Of a stretch of 64,000 nucleotides of DNA, positions 28,844-39,571 are shown one piece after another. The notes under the pieces are model-generated. The model did no database searches and was not told the origin of the DNA. It was given only the letters and a program-made list of their open reading frames with translations. Position numbers and translations under genes: made by a program. Every line of letters begins with the position of its first letter. Positions within the stretch are counted from its first letter, which is position 1. The stretch spans positions 384,001 through 448,000 of the forward strand of contig CAWFXL010000001.1 in NCBI GenBank assembly GCA_963819815.1, given 5' to 3'. The DNA comes from an uncultured bacterium (GTDB lineage: Bacteria; Babelota; Babeliae; Babelales; Babelaceae).

Positions 28844-30378
28844 CTATAACTCAGTTTTAATCGATGACGTTTGCGCTAGGGCTTCAACTGGCAGTTCAAG
28901 CTCTCTCAAGTACAAATCACATCTTTTTTGTAAAGTTTCTGAACAGAAATCTTCTTTCGTATATTTTCTACCCAGTACAAAGGTCTTGTAGAGCCGGATA
29001 CACAGTTTAGCATAATGCCCCATCCAGTGTGTTATAGAGTAACGATCGATTTTGCGGGTTATCGTGCGATAATCAAGCAACTCATCTATAAAACCGTACC
29101 CCCCGCTAAGGTTTTCCACGCACTGCTCAGAACTATCCTGGATAAGCGTTCTAAGTTTTTCAAAGAGTGCCTGCTTTTTTTCGTCAGCCATTATCGATTC
29201 TGTTAGACAGACCATTTTCTTAAGATAGTCGGCAAAAATCCCTATATCTTTCTGTTTTATCGACTCATTGACGGCAGCCATGTATTCCTTATTACTCCAC
29301 ATAATGGGGGGGAGATATCCCGCTCCTGTGAGGATCCCGACAACAAAGAGGCGAGCAGTCCCTCCATTGCCATCATCAAAGGGATGCAACTTAGCTAACT
29401 CCATATGCAGGTAGGCTGCTGCTTCAAAAGGGTCGGCAAGCTTTCTTTTAGTTTGCCTAAAAATAGTTGCAAGCTTTTCTCTGACTACAGATTGATCTGG
29501 TGCAGCAAGAAAAATACCAGGTTGAGCTTTGACCCACCAGTGGCTTGGATGTGACGGATCTAAAAGTACCTTTAACAGGTGATCTTTCCAAACTTCTGCA
29601 CCTGTGTCGCCCTTATCTGTGCGAATAATCTCATCGGCAAGATACTCATAGGCTTTTAAAGCCTCCGGTTCAGACTGTAAAAGAAATCGAGTCATAGTCC
29701 ATTCATGGTACTGACGATCTGGAGTTAAGATCACTTTAGGATTGGTTCGAAAGGGACTTGGCTCTGTCACATCGCCTTCAATATCCACGCATTTACCAAA
29801 CTCAGTACCGATATAAAAGCATCTTCACTTAATGCTCCAAACCCACTTAGAGCAACAGTTTTTTCAAATTCTTGGAGAGCAATGGCATGATTTCTTCTTT
29901 CGATCAGGTCTTCAAAAATCACTCTATTATCAAGTGCGCACGATCCCAAAAGAGCTGGGTAATACTCTTTAGCTGCCTCTGAAAGTTCGGTGGGTTTGAA
30001 AATTTTTTTCCTCAGCTTAAGTCTCTGTTCCAATCTTTTTTCTTTCTCATTGAGCTGCTCAGGGTTTTCTAATGCTGAAAATACCGTTATTTTCCCCGGA
30101 TGCCTAAAATCTGCATAATAGGGGGGAATCTGGGTAAGAGGGATGGTTAGTTGCGTGGGCCTACATTCTGTCACTCCTAAAAAAGAGACATCAGAAGTTG
30201 TACTTCCCACAAGTCCCAACAGAAAAAGAGCTTTCAGCGAAAAAGTGCCTGTCGTGTTTGAAGTGCTCTTAACCCTTATACTCGATTGTGAGTCGCATAG
30301 AGAAAGGGACTCACTTGTTAGGGTGCTTGAAGAGTGTACGATGCATAGCAATAATAGCCAGAATTTGTTGGTGCGCAT
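28844..30378 (-). pseudogene. Secreted Fic/Doc-domain protein, probably one gene split by a frameshift at ~29770-29790
   Basis: The signal-peptide ORF 29767..30378 overlaps the Fic ORF 28844..29788 by 22 nt. Motif HPFDDGNGGTAR. Adding one base gives VNAWILKGDVTEPSPFR. Confidence 0.7.
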
Positions 30379-30717
30379 AGTTTTCTCGGTTACGATTATT
30401 AGATCCTATTTCACTACTATAAAGGTAGCAATAAAGCGGTAGCTGGTCAAAAACTTTTGTGGTAAACCTGTTACAACACTAGGTATTCTTTCTCACACAA
30501 AAAAATCTACCGAACAGAAAAATACAAGCTACACTTTAGAGTGCCGCTTGTGCAAAAAACCTCAAGCTGTCGGTCCTTTTTGCACATTTGCTCGTACTAT
30601 TGAAATCATCTATACTTTTCAGTGGTCATAGAGCAATCAGCATCAAGTAATTGCTGACTAAAAAAATCTATTTGTAACGTGAAAGAATACTACCAATTTT
30701 TTATCTAAGGATCATGT

Positions 30718-32721
30718 ATGAGGAAGCTCTCCATAGGTTTGTTATGTCTACTCAATAGTCATATACTTCTTGCCAGTCAAGCAACAGTCGCAACAGAGAT
30801 TAAAGACTCTAAGTGGGCTTTGCTTAAAGAGGAAGACGAAGATATTTTGAGCTTTCATACGCCAAGAAAAGAGTCTCCAAAGATTGAACGAAAAAAATTT
30901 AATGGCGTTAGCTTGACTCTGAATGCTCTCGACAAGACGGACACAGGAATTCTCAGCTTTCGTACGCCAAGAGGAGATGGAGCATCTCCAAAAAATAAGC
31001 GTAAGCAGTTTAATGGTTTAAAGCTATCCTTAAGTATGCTCGACCAGGGAGATGAAGCAATTCTGAGCTTTCGCTCTCCAAGAAGGGAAGGCGGGCAGCC
31101 GTCGCCAAAAATTGAAAATAAGGACCTCATAGGCAAAATTCTTTTAGCTTCACTTGAAGATAGTAGTTCATCAGAACTAATACGGCAGACTGGGCAGCTA
31201 TTGAAAGGTGGGCTATCAAATGAAGAAATTATTGAAATAATCCATGCAGTCGCGCTAGAAGAATACTTGGGGAGTTCTCATCCAGCTCTCTGGGAACGCT
31301 TTATCAAAGTGAAGATAGGACTCTCACCGCTTCACATTGCTGCTCGTCAAGGTCACCTAGTCGGAGTAAGAAAGATTCTTGCTCAAGGGGTCCAGGTCGA
31401 CGAGCCGAACAATAGAGGATTTACTGCGTTAGTTTTGGCTGCGCAAGCAGGACATGTTGAGGTTGTGAGACTGCTCTTAGACAATGGTGCGCTCTCTGAT
31501 GTGGGCATATTAACCGCATTACATGCGGCAGCCTGGTCAGGACAGACAAAAACATTAGCAGTTCTTCTTGAAGGAACGGTCAATACTGAAGCAAGAGATT
31601 ATAACGAGGCTACAGCATTACATCTTGCAGCTTATGGAGGAAATGTAGAAGCACTAGAGCTCCTTCTTAGGAAGGGCGCACACCTAGAAGCCCAAGCATC
31701 AAATGGGGCAACAGCTTTGCATTGTGCTGCGTCTGCTGGACACCTACATGCGCTTAATTTTTTACTTACTCAGAATGTAAACCTTGAGGCTACTACATCA
31801 GATGGCTATACTGCGCTACACCTAGCTACGCGGGCTAACCACATTGAAGTGATGAGATGCTTACTTGATAAAAAAGCAAACATTGAAGCAACAACACATG
31901 GAGGATTTACCGCACTACATATTGCTGCCGGGAATGATCTTCTACAACCTATAAGCCTACTTCTTGAAAGAAAAGCTGCTCTTGATGCAAAAACTAAACA
32001 TCACATTACTCCCTTGCATCTTGCGGCTCAGTACGCTTCTTTAGAGCTTATAAAGATGCTTATCGATAGGATTGCAAACGTTAAAGCTAAAACAAGGAAA
32101 GGTTGGACTGCACTTCACGTAGCTGCTTGGGCAGGTAGAACAGACGTAGTTACTGTATTGCTCGATAGTGATGCAGCACTGCTTGACATGCAATCTCATG
32201 CAAGACATACGGCCCTTCATTTTGCTGCCCGAGGAGGTCACGTCGAAACAGTAGAAGTACTTCTTAAGAAAGGCGCCGACATCGAAGCAGCTACGGCAAG
32301 AGGTCGTACGCCTCTCTACGTTGCAGCTAGTAATGATCAAGTAGAGACGATCAAGATACTTCTTCAACATAATGCTCAAATTAGCGAAGAAACTTTACGG
32401 GGGCGCACGGCACTTCACGTTGCTGCTGGTAGAGGTCGAGAAGGAGCATTAAGAGAACTACTTGACCATAGAGCTTCACTCGAAGCTTCCACTAAGCAAG
32501 GTTGGACTGCGCTCCATTGTGCTGCTAAGGGTGGACACCAGGGAGCGCTTGCTTTGCTTCTTAAAAGGGGAGCGCGCCTTGAAGCTCAAACTCATAGGGG
32601 ATATACACCACTGCAAATTGCCAAGCAACAGATGAATTATGATGTCGTAAACTTACTTACTACAGAGGAGAAAGTCCGTTTCTTAGCTGCAAATCGGTAC
32701 CGTAACCCAAAAATGCAGTAA
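30718..32721 (+). CDS. Secreted ankyrin-repeat protein with three N-terminal ILSFx(T/S)PR repeats
   Basis: About 14 regular ankyrin repeats (GxTALHxAA); signal peptide. Confidence 0.92.
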   Translation: MRKLSIGLLCLLNSHILLASQATVATEIKDSKWALLKEEDEDILSFHTPRKESPKIERKKFNGVSLTLNALDKTDTGILSFRTPRGDGASPKNKRKQFNGLKLSLSMLDQGDEAILSFRSPRREGGQPSPKIENKDLIGKILLASLEDSSSSELIRQTGQLLKGGLSNEEIIEIIHAVALEEYLGSSHPALWERFIKVKIGLSPLHIAARQGHLVGVRKILAQGVQVDEPNNRGFTALVLAAQAGHVEVVRLLLDNGALSDVGILTALHAAAWSGQTKTLAVLLEGTVNTEARDYNEATALHLAAYGGNVEALELLLRKGAHLEAQASNGATALHCAASAGHLHALNFLLTQNVNLEATTSDGYTALHLATRANHIEVMRCLLDKKANIEATTHGGFTALHIAAGNDLLQPISLLLERKAALDAKTKHHITPLHLAAQYASLELIKMLIDRIANVKAKTRKGWTALHVAAWAGRTDVVTVLLDSDAALLDMQSHARHTALHFAARGGHVETVEVLLKKGADIEAATARGRTPLYVAASNDQVETIKILLQHNAQISEETLRGRTALHVAAGRGREGALRELLDHRASLEASTKQGWTALHCAAKGGHQGALALLLKRGARLEAQTHRGYTPLQIAKQQMNYDVVNLLTTEEKVRFLAANRYRNPKMQ

Positions 32722-32878
32722 TGGGCGAAGGAAGAGGCATTGATCTTATCAAATACAGTTCACCTATTATGAATGTCCCACCGATAGTAGGGCACCTTCG
32801 ATATCCTTGATAGACTAACTTGTTAGCTCCGCACTACAAAGCGCTCTCTACGAAGAAATGAGATGCAGCATGATTTTC

Positions 32879-32908
32879 TTGACTTTTCCGTCCTGCACCT
32901 ATTAGAAT
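32879..32908 (+). promoter_or_regulatory. Sigma70-like promoter of the small basic protein gene
   Basis: TTGACT-N18-TAGAAT. Confidence 0.6.
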
Positions 32909-32975
32909 TTGTGGGCAAGTGGTACCAATTGGTCAAAGAGTTTCAAACATCTTATACTAAAAAAGGCGTGTAAAC

Positions 32976-33179
32976 ATGGCATATAGTGTTAAATCCAAGA
33001 AAAGCGGTAAAACTTATTTCCTCCATTCTAAAGAGGTCACTCTAGCTGGAGGTCGAAAACAATGGATCTTCTACTTTGCAGGAGAACAAGCGAAAGAGGC
33101 TATTGATGAACTTCCTAAAGGATACGAAGTTACAGAAAATAGCCGAACTGGCCTTCCTATGCTGAAGAAAAAGAAATAG
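32976..33179 (+). CDS. Small basic conserved hypothetical protein
   Basis: MAYSVKSKKSGKTYFLHSKEVTLAGGRKQWIFYF...LPKGYEVTENSRTGLPMLKK; has its own promoter; resembles a widespread uncharacterised small-protein family (from memory). Confidence 0.85.
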   Translation: MAYSVKSKKSGKTYFLHSKEVTLAGGRKQWIFYFAGEQAKEAIDELPKGYEVTENSRTGLPMLKKKK

Positions 33180-33313
33180 TACGCTCAAAAATATAATCGT
33201 CTATTGACTATACGTTATGGACCGACACAAGCTCATGATGAAGATCAAAAGCATGGATGCAAACTAGAGCATAAAAAAGAAGCTCTCAATGTGCACTGCA
33301 AAAAACGAGAAAA

Positions 33314-33347
33314 GCAGGGTGCCTATCTCTAAAGATAGGCACCCTGC
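33314..33347. terminator. Hairpin between convergent genes
   Basis: GCAGGGTGCCTATCT-ctaa-AGATAGGCACCCTGC, perfect 15-bp stem. Confidence 0.75.
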
Positions 33348-33487
33348 AATTGTATAGAACTTCTTCTTCTGAAATGCTTGCGCAAGTTTCATAAGAGTTT
33401 CCATCGTATATCCCGAAACCTCAGCATGTACTCAAATTGGGGGTTACTACTTGCATTCAGTTCATATAAAGCGGGAATAGATTCTTA

Positions 33488-33796
33488 TTATTCACCTTGA
33501 CTATATGAAGATGGGCTTGATTCTTGTTCATATGCTCGCTGTGCAAGGCCTTGACGCACTACAGGACGACCCACAACGGCTCCTCTACGTACGCCAACAG
33601 CTCCCCTACCGACACCAACGGCTCCTCTGCCGATGCCAACGCCTCTTCCTACTCCAACACCTCTTCCTACTCCAACACCTCTTCCTACTCCAACACCACC
33701 GACACCGGCCCTACCACCCCTCATGGCTGAGCTTTCCTGTGATACAAAGAGTGGCATAGACAAGGCTATAAGAATAAGTAATTTAGATATGTTCAT
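33488..33796 (-). CDS. Small secreted Gly/Val/Arg-repeat protein
   Basis: GGAGG RBS, signal peptide, (GVGVGR)n. Confidence 0.8.
   Translation of the reverse strand: MNISKLLILIALSMPLFVSQESSAMRGGRAGVGGVGVGRGVGVGRGVGVGRGVGIGRGAVGVGRGAVGVRRGAVVGRPVVRQGLAQRAYEQESSPSSYSQGE
33642..33695. repeat. 3 x 18-bp coding tandem repeat
   Basis: CCTCTTCCTACTCCAACA x3, encoding VGVGRG on the minus strand. Confidence 0.95.
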
Positions 33797-34445
33797 GTGA
33801 ACCTCCAGTTTATTGATATTATCATTGTTATTACTTTTCTAATTGTAACAAAAACAATAGAGGAAAAGCAATAGTTTTTTAGTATAAAGGTAGAAAAAGG
33901 GGGGCATTTTGCGTGGCTAACCCAAATAGTGCGATTCTTAGCAAACATTCACTGTTTCCAAAAAATTCAGGTGTCTGTCTGTTATGGAGTCACAAAAAAC
34001 CAATACGCGCAAGGTAAATGCGTCTCAATCAATAATCTTTACAGGCGGTTTATAGTTTTGCGGAACACCATTAAAACATCTTAAATGCCTTAGGAATTAT
34101 TGCACCATGTATGTACTATCATAAGATCTTGTAGAGGAGAAACATTGGCAGCTTTTCTAAAAAAAGGTTTGTAGGCAAACCTCTATTATTCCAGGCAGTT
34201 ATAAGAGCGGCTCTTGCAGCAGGATCAATTTGAATATCTGGACCTTTAAGACCATATCCCCTCACATCAACTTTTCTCGTGCTTCTGAATGTTCAATGCA
34301 ATAGCCCGTTTATGACTTGCAATAGTTTTGAAAAATAGAACTCTCCCGGTATCTCAATGAAAAGTAAAATTTGATGCCTTCTAAATTCCTTGGTAGGGTA
34401 GCTTGGATAGATTACACAAATACACCTTCACATAAGGGCGCATAT

Positions 34446-37400
34446 ATGAAACTTAGGAATTATCTTTTTCTGTGTATTTTTTCTGGCGAAATGCTTGAAG
34501 GTGCAAGCGCGATAAAAAAATCTATAGCAATTATAGAAACTACTCTTTGCGCAAGGAGTGCTGAAGGAACAATGCTTCTGCTAGATCCTTCTTGGATTCA
34601 AGAATCGAATTATGTCGCAAACCTTGTCCGCGAGAATCCTGCGCTGGGGAGCGACAACATGCCCTTAATGATGCCCTTGAGTTTTGCGCAGCTTGAGGAG
34701 CTTAATGCTTACGTGATCAGCATTAAAGAAGGCAATACAAAACAATTCAAAAAAAAGCTTATGAATAGTATCTCAGGTAGCGATCGCACCATAACCTTTA
34801 TGCATTCAAAGGTTCGAGAATTGCATGAACTTTTCAAAGCAACAAAACAGATGGAACTTAAAAAGCTCCAACCGTTAGTGCTTGCAGCTTTTCTCTTTCT
34901 CCTAAAAACGGATGCTGTTTTAAACGCTTTTGCAGTGAATCCGCTGCTTGTGAAAGAGCTCGACCTACCATCTGAAGTAGGACAATCTTTAGTTAAACTA
35001 GTATCTGATGAAGATCAAGAATTTTTGCGAGCACAGCTTTGCATTACTTACACGTGCCAAAGGCAACCAACCTGCGCGTCTCTGAGTGAAGACGGCACGC
35101 TTGCATGCGTAGCAGGGCCCTATAAAACCAATACGAGTTTTATCGAAGTTTTTAACACGATGGATGGTGAACCAGTAAGTAATAGGGTGGTTGATTACAA
35201 AATAAAAGGAATCGAATTTTGCCATGGTAACCAGCTTATTTCGTGGGGCAAAACAACGATCGATCTCTGGGACACCTTTACTCATACAAAAAATACCCCT
35301 GATGGCTGGGAAGAGCTTTTAAAAGAAACGAAAAAAATCTGGGGAATCGCACTAAGCAAGAATAAAAAGAACCTCGCGGTAGTACTTGATGATAAAGTCC
35401 TTGTGCTCGCCATTCCACGAGCTCATTCAGATGAATCTTCGGAAGAAAAGTCTGATGATTCTTCTGAGGAAATTAAACCCAAAATACTTATAGCACCAGC
35501 GATGCATAGAAGAGAGAATAAAAAAAATAGTTATTCACGCGTTATTTTTGGAAATGATGATCAAACACTCATCGAAATTCGACCAGGTGGCGATCTTATT
35601 TTTTACCGATGGGAAAAGGAGAAAGTGATAGCATTTAAAAAAGGTTCTGGTACTGAGGTCGCTCGCTTCTATACCAATGGGTCAAAAGTTATTATTATCA
35701 CACAGGCACATGAAGTCCGCGTCTGGGACTGCCAACAAGAAGCAGTTGAACCACAAAATGAAGGTAAATTACCCAACACCGCACGTGATTATGTTTCAAA
35801 TGACCAGTTTATAGAGTTTGAAAAGCATCACACAAAGGTTTTTTGTGACACAGGTAGTACTGAGTTTATGGATAAACTCGTGTTCCTTACAGGTTCAGTA
35901 GTACCTGCTTCAATAATCGTACATGGTGGAGTACCAGGGCTACAACAAAATGATAGAAGCGATGAAAAACTTCAGATGTTAGCACTACCGCCTCACCTGA
36001 CCTTGCAAGGAGCCTGCGCAAGCCCTCAAGGAAAAGTGTTTCTGGGAATAACCACTCAAGGACTCGTCAAAGTGTGGCATGTTAATAATCCTGCCATAAC
36101 AGCCTTTCTTTCGTCTAGTATGCCTCTTGCGCACGCGCTTTTCATTCAATATCTCGCCAACTCATATAAAATTCCGTCGACTCATCGCAGTGATTTTTTA
36201 AAGGCGGATCATCTGAGAATAATTTTTGAGAAATGCGAAACCACGTTTCAGAAACTTATTTCAACTATGATTCAGAGACAACTGAGCGGGATAGAAGATA
36301 TCGTTCCTCAATCACCACGAGGCCAAAAACATGATATACAATACGCATCAAGTTCAGCAAGTACCAGCGATACTGTCCCCAAAGCTTCATTACTTTCTCG
36401 CATAAAACTTGCAAGAAGTTCTTCATCACCCGCAGCAAATACTTCCCCTCAATCCTCCCCACAACACTCTCCGCGTAGCGCAAAACAAGCCATTATTGCG
36501 GCCTTAAAACTTCCACAAATATCCTCAATACGAAACGACGGAGATTCACCTAGAAGAAGAGCATCACATGACGCAACATCAGCTCTTACACCTCGTGGAG
36601 CACAACTTCTAAAAAGAACCCAAAGTCAATTGCGAGGATCATTACGTCTTGAGATCGGGGAAAAAGAATCCTCAAGCAAAATGCACTTAGGATCACCGCG
36701 CGAGCCACTCTCAGAACGGGGTGCTCAATCTTCACCAAGTTCTGACATGAAAACTTCTGAATCTAGCGTCCCGGAATCACTCACTCCGCAGGAAGTATCC
36801 GCAAGTACTATCGTACAAGCCGTCGCTCTTGAACCTTCACTACTACCACGAGGATCTTCCCAGACATCTACCTTGAGAAAAGAAACTGTTCAGGTCTCCG
36901 TGCAAAATTCTCCAAATGTAGCACCTCAAGTTATGGACGTTAATCCTAAATCGGACGAATCAGATAGTAGTCAATACCACAATGCTGTAGAAGTAAGCAT
37001 ATGGTCAACGACGACGCTTGATGCTTATTCTTCCGCACGAGCGCTCTTCAATAGTGGCTCCTTTGAAAGATCCTACACTTGTTTCTTAGATATTTATAAA
37101 AAAAAATCTGGTAGCAAACTTTATAAGGCATTATCGGCTCATTTTCTGGGCGAGATGACTTTAAGAGGGCGCGGCACTTTGATTAATCCTCCTTTAGCGT
37201 TTACATACTTTGAAAAAGCGGTAAAACAGGATGTTGACAAAGCTCTTCAAGGAGAAAGCTTTGCACGCCTTGGCGAAATGTACTATTACGGGTATGGTGT
37301 TAAGCATTCATTAATGAATGCTTTGTATAACCTAGGTCAACTCGTTACCCAAAAGGCTGCTTCATTACCCGGTGCGGGTTCAGAAGTCACCCAGACAGTA

Positions 37401-38237
37401 TATACTAGCAATGAGGAAGCGCCGTTTAGAAGTAGAATTTCTGCACACTTTCATGTATACCGCGCAAAGTCTAGGGAGTTGAACATGCCGGTTAAGAGCC
37501 TCTGTGACGAAGCGCTCAGGCTCTGCGACGAAGCCATCGCCGCCAAAAGCTCAGACGCTTCATTCGCATGGCTCTATAAAGGGAGACTGCTCATTGCTCA
37601 AGCCAAAGTAACTGACTCGTATGAAAATTCTAATAAGGCATGGCGTTGCCTTTTGAAAGCAGCAGAATCTACCGATGAGTCGATCAAAACGGAAGCGCTC
37701 TATCGCCTTGGTAAATTATCGGTAGCACACTTTAAATCTTCTACACAGGCTAAAGAATATTTTGAAAAAGTCCTCAAATCAAATGAAACTACATGGATAA
37801 GAGCGGCAGCCGAGCTACAGCTAGGCAATCTCGCACATTTTGAAGCAGCAACCAATAAAACCACTTCTTATGCAGCAGCAATTGCTCACTACAAAGAAGC
37901 GATTGAGCAACCTTATAATTTATGGGCTCAAGCTGAAGCGGCTTACCAGATGGCTCGCATTTATGAGCGCTTAGAAGATCAACCTAAGGCTTGGGAGCAA
38001 GTGTTTTTCTATGATAATATGGCAATAGCGGTGGGCGAAGTACTGGGAATACACCATGTCGATGCTCATTTTTCGCTTGCTCGACAATATTTTCGCGGTA
38101 CCCCGGATCTTCCTGTAGACCTTCATGAAGCGTATAAACATTTTATGACAGTGATCCATGAAAGCCACAATCCATCTCAGCTTGAAGAGGCACACAATAG
38201 GGTAAAAGTGCTTATGAAGCAAGCTTCAACGAAATAA
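34446..38237 (+). CDS. Large secreted multidomain protein: divergent Skp1/BTB-like, WD40-like propeller, Ser/Pro-rich linker, Sel1/TPR repeats
   Basis: ARSAEGTMLLL...QESNYV...LHELFKATKQMEL; IDLWD, VRVWD, VKVWH; LGEMYYYGYGV; likely start MKLRNY. Confidence 0.75.
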   Translation: MKLRNYLFLCIFSGEMLEGASAIKKSIAIIETTLCARSAEGTMLLLDPSWIQESNYVANLVRENPALGSDNMPLMMPLSFAQLEELNAYVISIKEGNTKQFKKKLMNSISGSDRTITFMHSKVRELHELFKATKQMELKKLQPLVLAAFLFLLKTDAVLNAFAVNPLLVKELDLPSEVGQSLVKLVSDEDQEFLRAQLCITYTCQRQPTCASLSEDGTLACVAGPYKTNTSFIEVFNTMDGEPVSNRVVDYKIKGIEFCHGNQLISWGKTTIDLWDTFTHTKNTPDGWEELLKETKKIWGIALSKNKKNLAVVLDDKVLVLAIPRAHSDESSEEKSDDSSEEIKPKILIAPAMHRRENKKNSYSRVIFGNDDQTLIEIRPGGDLIFYRWEKEKVIAFKKGSGTEVARFYTNGSKVIIITQAHEVRVWDCQQEAVEPQNEGKLPNTARDYVSNDQFIEFEKHHTKVFCDTGSTEFMDKLVFLTGSVVPASIIVHGGVPGLQQNDRSDEKLQMLALPPHLTLQGACASPQGKVFLGITTQGLVKVWHVNNPAITAFLSSSMPLAHALFIQYLANSYKIPSTHRSDFLKADHLRIIFEKCETTFQKLISTMIQRQLSGIEDIVPQSPRGQKHDIQYASSSASTSDTVPKASLLSRIKLARSSSSPAANTSPQSSPQHSPRSAKQAIIAALKLPQISSIRNDGDSPRRRASHDATSALTPRGAQLLKRTQSQLRGSLRLEIGEKESSSKMHLGSPREPLSERGAQSSPSSDMKTSESSVPESLTPQEVSASTIVQAVALEPSLLPRGSSQTSTLRKETVQVSVQNSPNVAPQVMDVNPKSDESDSSQYHNAVEVSIWSTTTLDAYSSARALFNSGSFERSYTCFLDIYKKKSGSKLYKALSAHFLGEMTLRGRGTLINPPLAFTYFEKAVKQDVDKALQGESFARLGEMYYYGYGVKHSLMNALYNLGQLVTQKAASLPGAGSEVTQTVYTSNEEAPFRSRISAHFHVYRAKSRELNMPVKSLCDEALRLCDEAIAAKSSDASFAWLYKGRLLIAQAKVTDSYENSNKAWRCLLKAAESTDESIKTEALYRLGKLSVAHFKSSTQAKEYFEKVLKSNETTWIRAAAELQLGNLAHFEAATNKTTSYAAAIAHYKEAIEQPYNLWAQAEAAYQMARIYERLEDQPKAWEQVFFYDNMAIAVGEVLGIHHVDAHFSLARQYFRGTPDLPVDLHEAYKHFMTVIHESHNPSQLEEAHNRVKVLMKQASTK

Positions 38238-38429
38238 ATGCTTAGGGAGGAACGGAAAACCAAAACTTACATGAACCTCTCTAACGCAAGGGAAACTACG
38301 AAGATGAAATACACAAGATTATCGGCTTGACTACGCCAGGAAATCGCAACGTTTTACTTTTTTTAAGATGATAGTATAGTAAAAACGTAAAATTATTTTA
38401 ACTTTGAATAAGACACGAGTAGCGTTATT

Positions 38430-39407
38430 ATGAAGAAAACCAGCGTATACATGTTTAGTTTATTACTGAGCATCACCTCTGCCCAAACCTATTGCTCTTC
38501 ATCTTCAATGGCTTCAAATGATGTTAAAGTCTCACAGGAGACATTACTTGAATATGCAAAGCGGGTTGAAACAGATTCACCAGAAAGGGTAGTCGAGTTA
38601 CTTAAGAAAGGAGCTTCGATAAATGCTAAAGATCCGTTAGGAAAAACCGCACTCCATTATTTTGCCCAAAAAGGTTTTGATAGTTGCGTGCACACACTTG
38701 TACGTGAAAAAAAGATTGATTTAGATGCGGTTGATAACCGTCTTTGGACTCCACTTCATTATGCTGCGGCGGGCTCCCATCTTGCCATTGTTAGACAACT
38801 TGTAAACAAGCGTGCTCAATGCGATGCCGCAACTAATGAAGGGAAAATTCCATTAGAGCTCGTTCCTGAATATGAAACTCTCCCTGATGAAATATTAGAG
38901 GCTACCGAAGATGCAATTCAGGAAATCGATCCTGACTTTTCTCAACCTGCACAATGCTTATTTCTTCTTTTTCGAGGCCTTGTTGATACAAGATCAAAAA
39001 ATAGTAAAGTAGCGCGAGGAAGGGTTATGTTGCATTATGCTGTTGAACTTCTTAATCCCGAGTTTGTTAAGATCATTTTACAGCCAGACCCTCCCATGTC
39101 AGCATCTTTTTCAAATGCCCCAGAAAATAGAGACTTCATTCATAGGGCCGCAATGGCCTCTTCAACTAAGTTATATTATTCTTTAAAGGATGAAGATGAG
39201 ATGACTCCATTACATCTCTTGGCTAAAAAGTTTCCCCAAGAAGTTGCGTTTGCTATACTAAACCACGGTCAGAATAACGTAAGATTTCCAAATCTCCGAT
39301 CAAAGCTCGTATATCGTCGTTTTAAGATTTTATTAGCCAAATCAAGCTTAAGTGCAAACAAACTAATTGCAGACCTTAGGGAAAAGGTACCGTCATTAGC
39401 GCTCTAG
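38430..39407 (+). CDS. Secreted ankyrin-repeat protein
   Basis: GKTALHYFA, WTPLHYAA, MTPLHLLA; signal peptide. Confidence 0.88.
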   Translation: MKKTSVYMFSLLLSITSAQTYCSSSSMASNDVKVSQETLLEYAKRVETDSPERVVELLKKGASINAKDPLGKTALHYFAQKGFDSCVHTLVREKKIDLDAVDNRLWTPLHYAAAGSHLAIVRQLVNKRAQCDAATNEGKIPLELVPEYETLPDEILEATEDAIQEIDPDFSQPAQCLFLLFRGLVDTRSKNSKVARGRVMLHYAVELLNPEFVKIILQPDPPMSASFSNAPENRDFIHRAAMASSTKLYYSLKDEDEMTPLHLLAKKFPQEVAFAILNHGQNNVRFPNLRSKLVYRRFKILLAKSSLSANKLIADLREKVPSLAL

Positions 39408-39571
39408 TAATAATGCACAGTGAGGTTGAATTGTTTGATCAAGAGCCAAACTACCCGAAGGCATCCAGGAGCTACTTTATAGCTTACAGATAAATTCTGT
39501 AGTGAGATCTAGCGCTGGGTTAATAAGGACTCGAGAGGTGAAGGTATCCTAATTTACGAAGGAGCTTAAGG

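Noticed and set aside
32701..32721. C-terminus NPKMQ resembles CKMQ of the Sel1 protein
   Set aside because: No cysteine, so it is not a CaaX box
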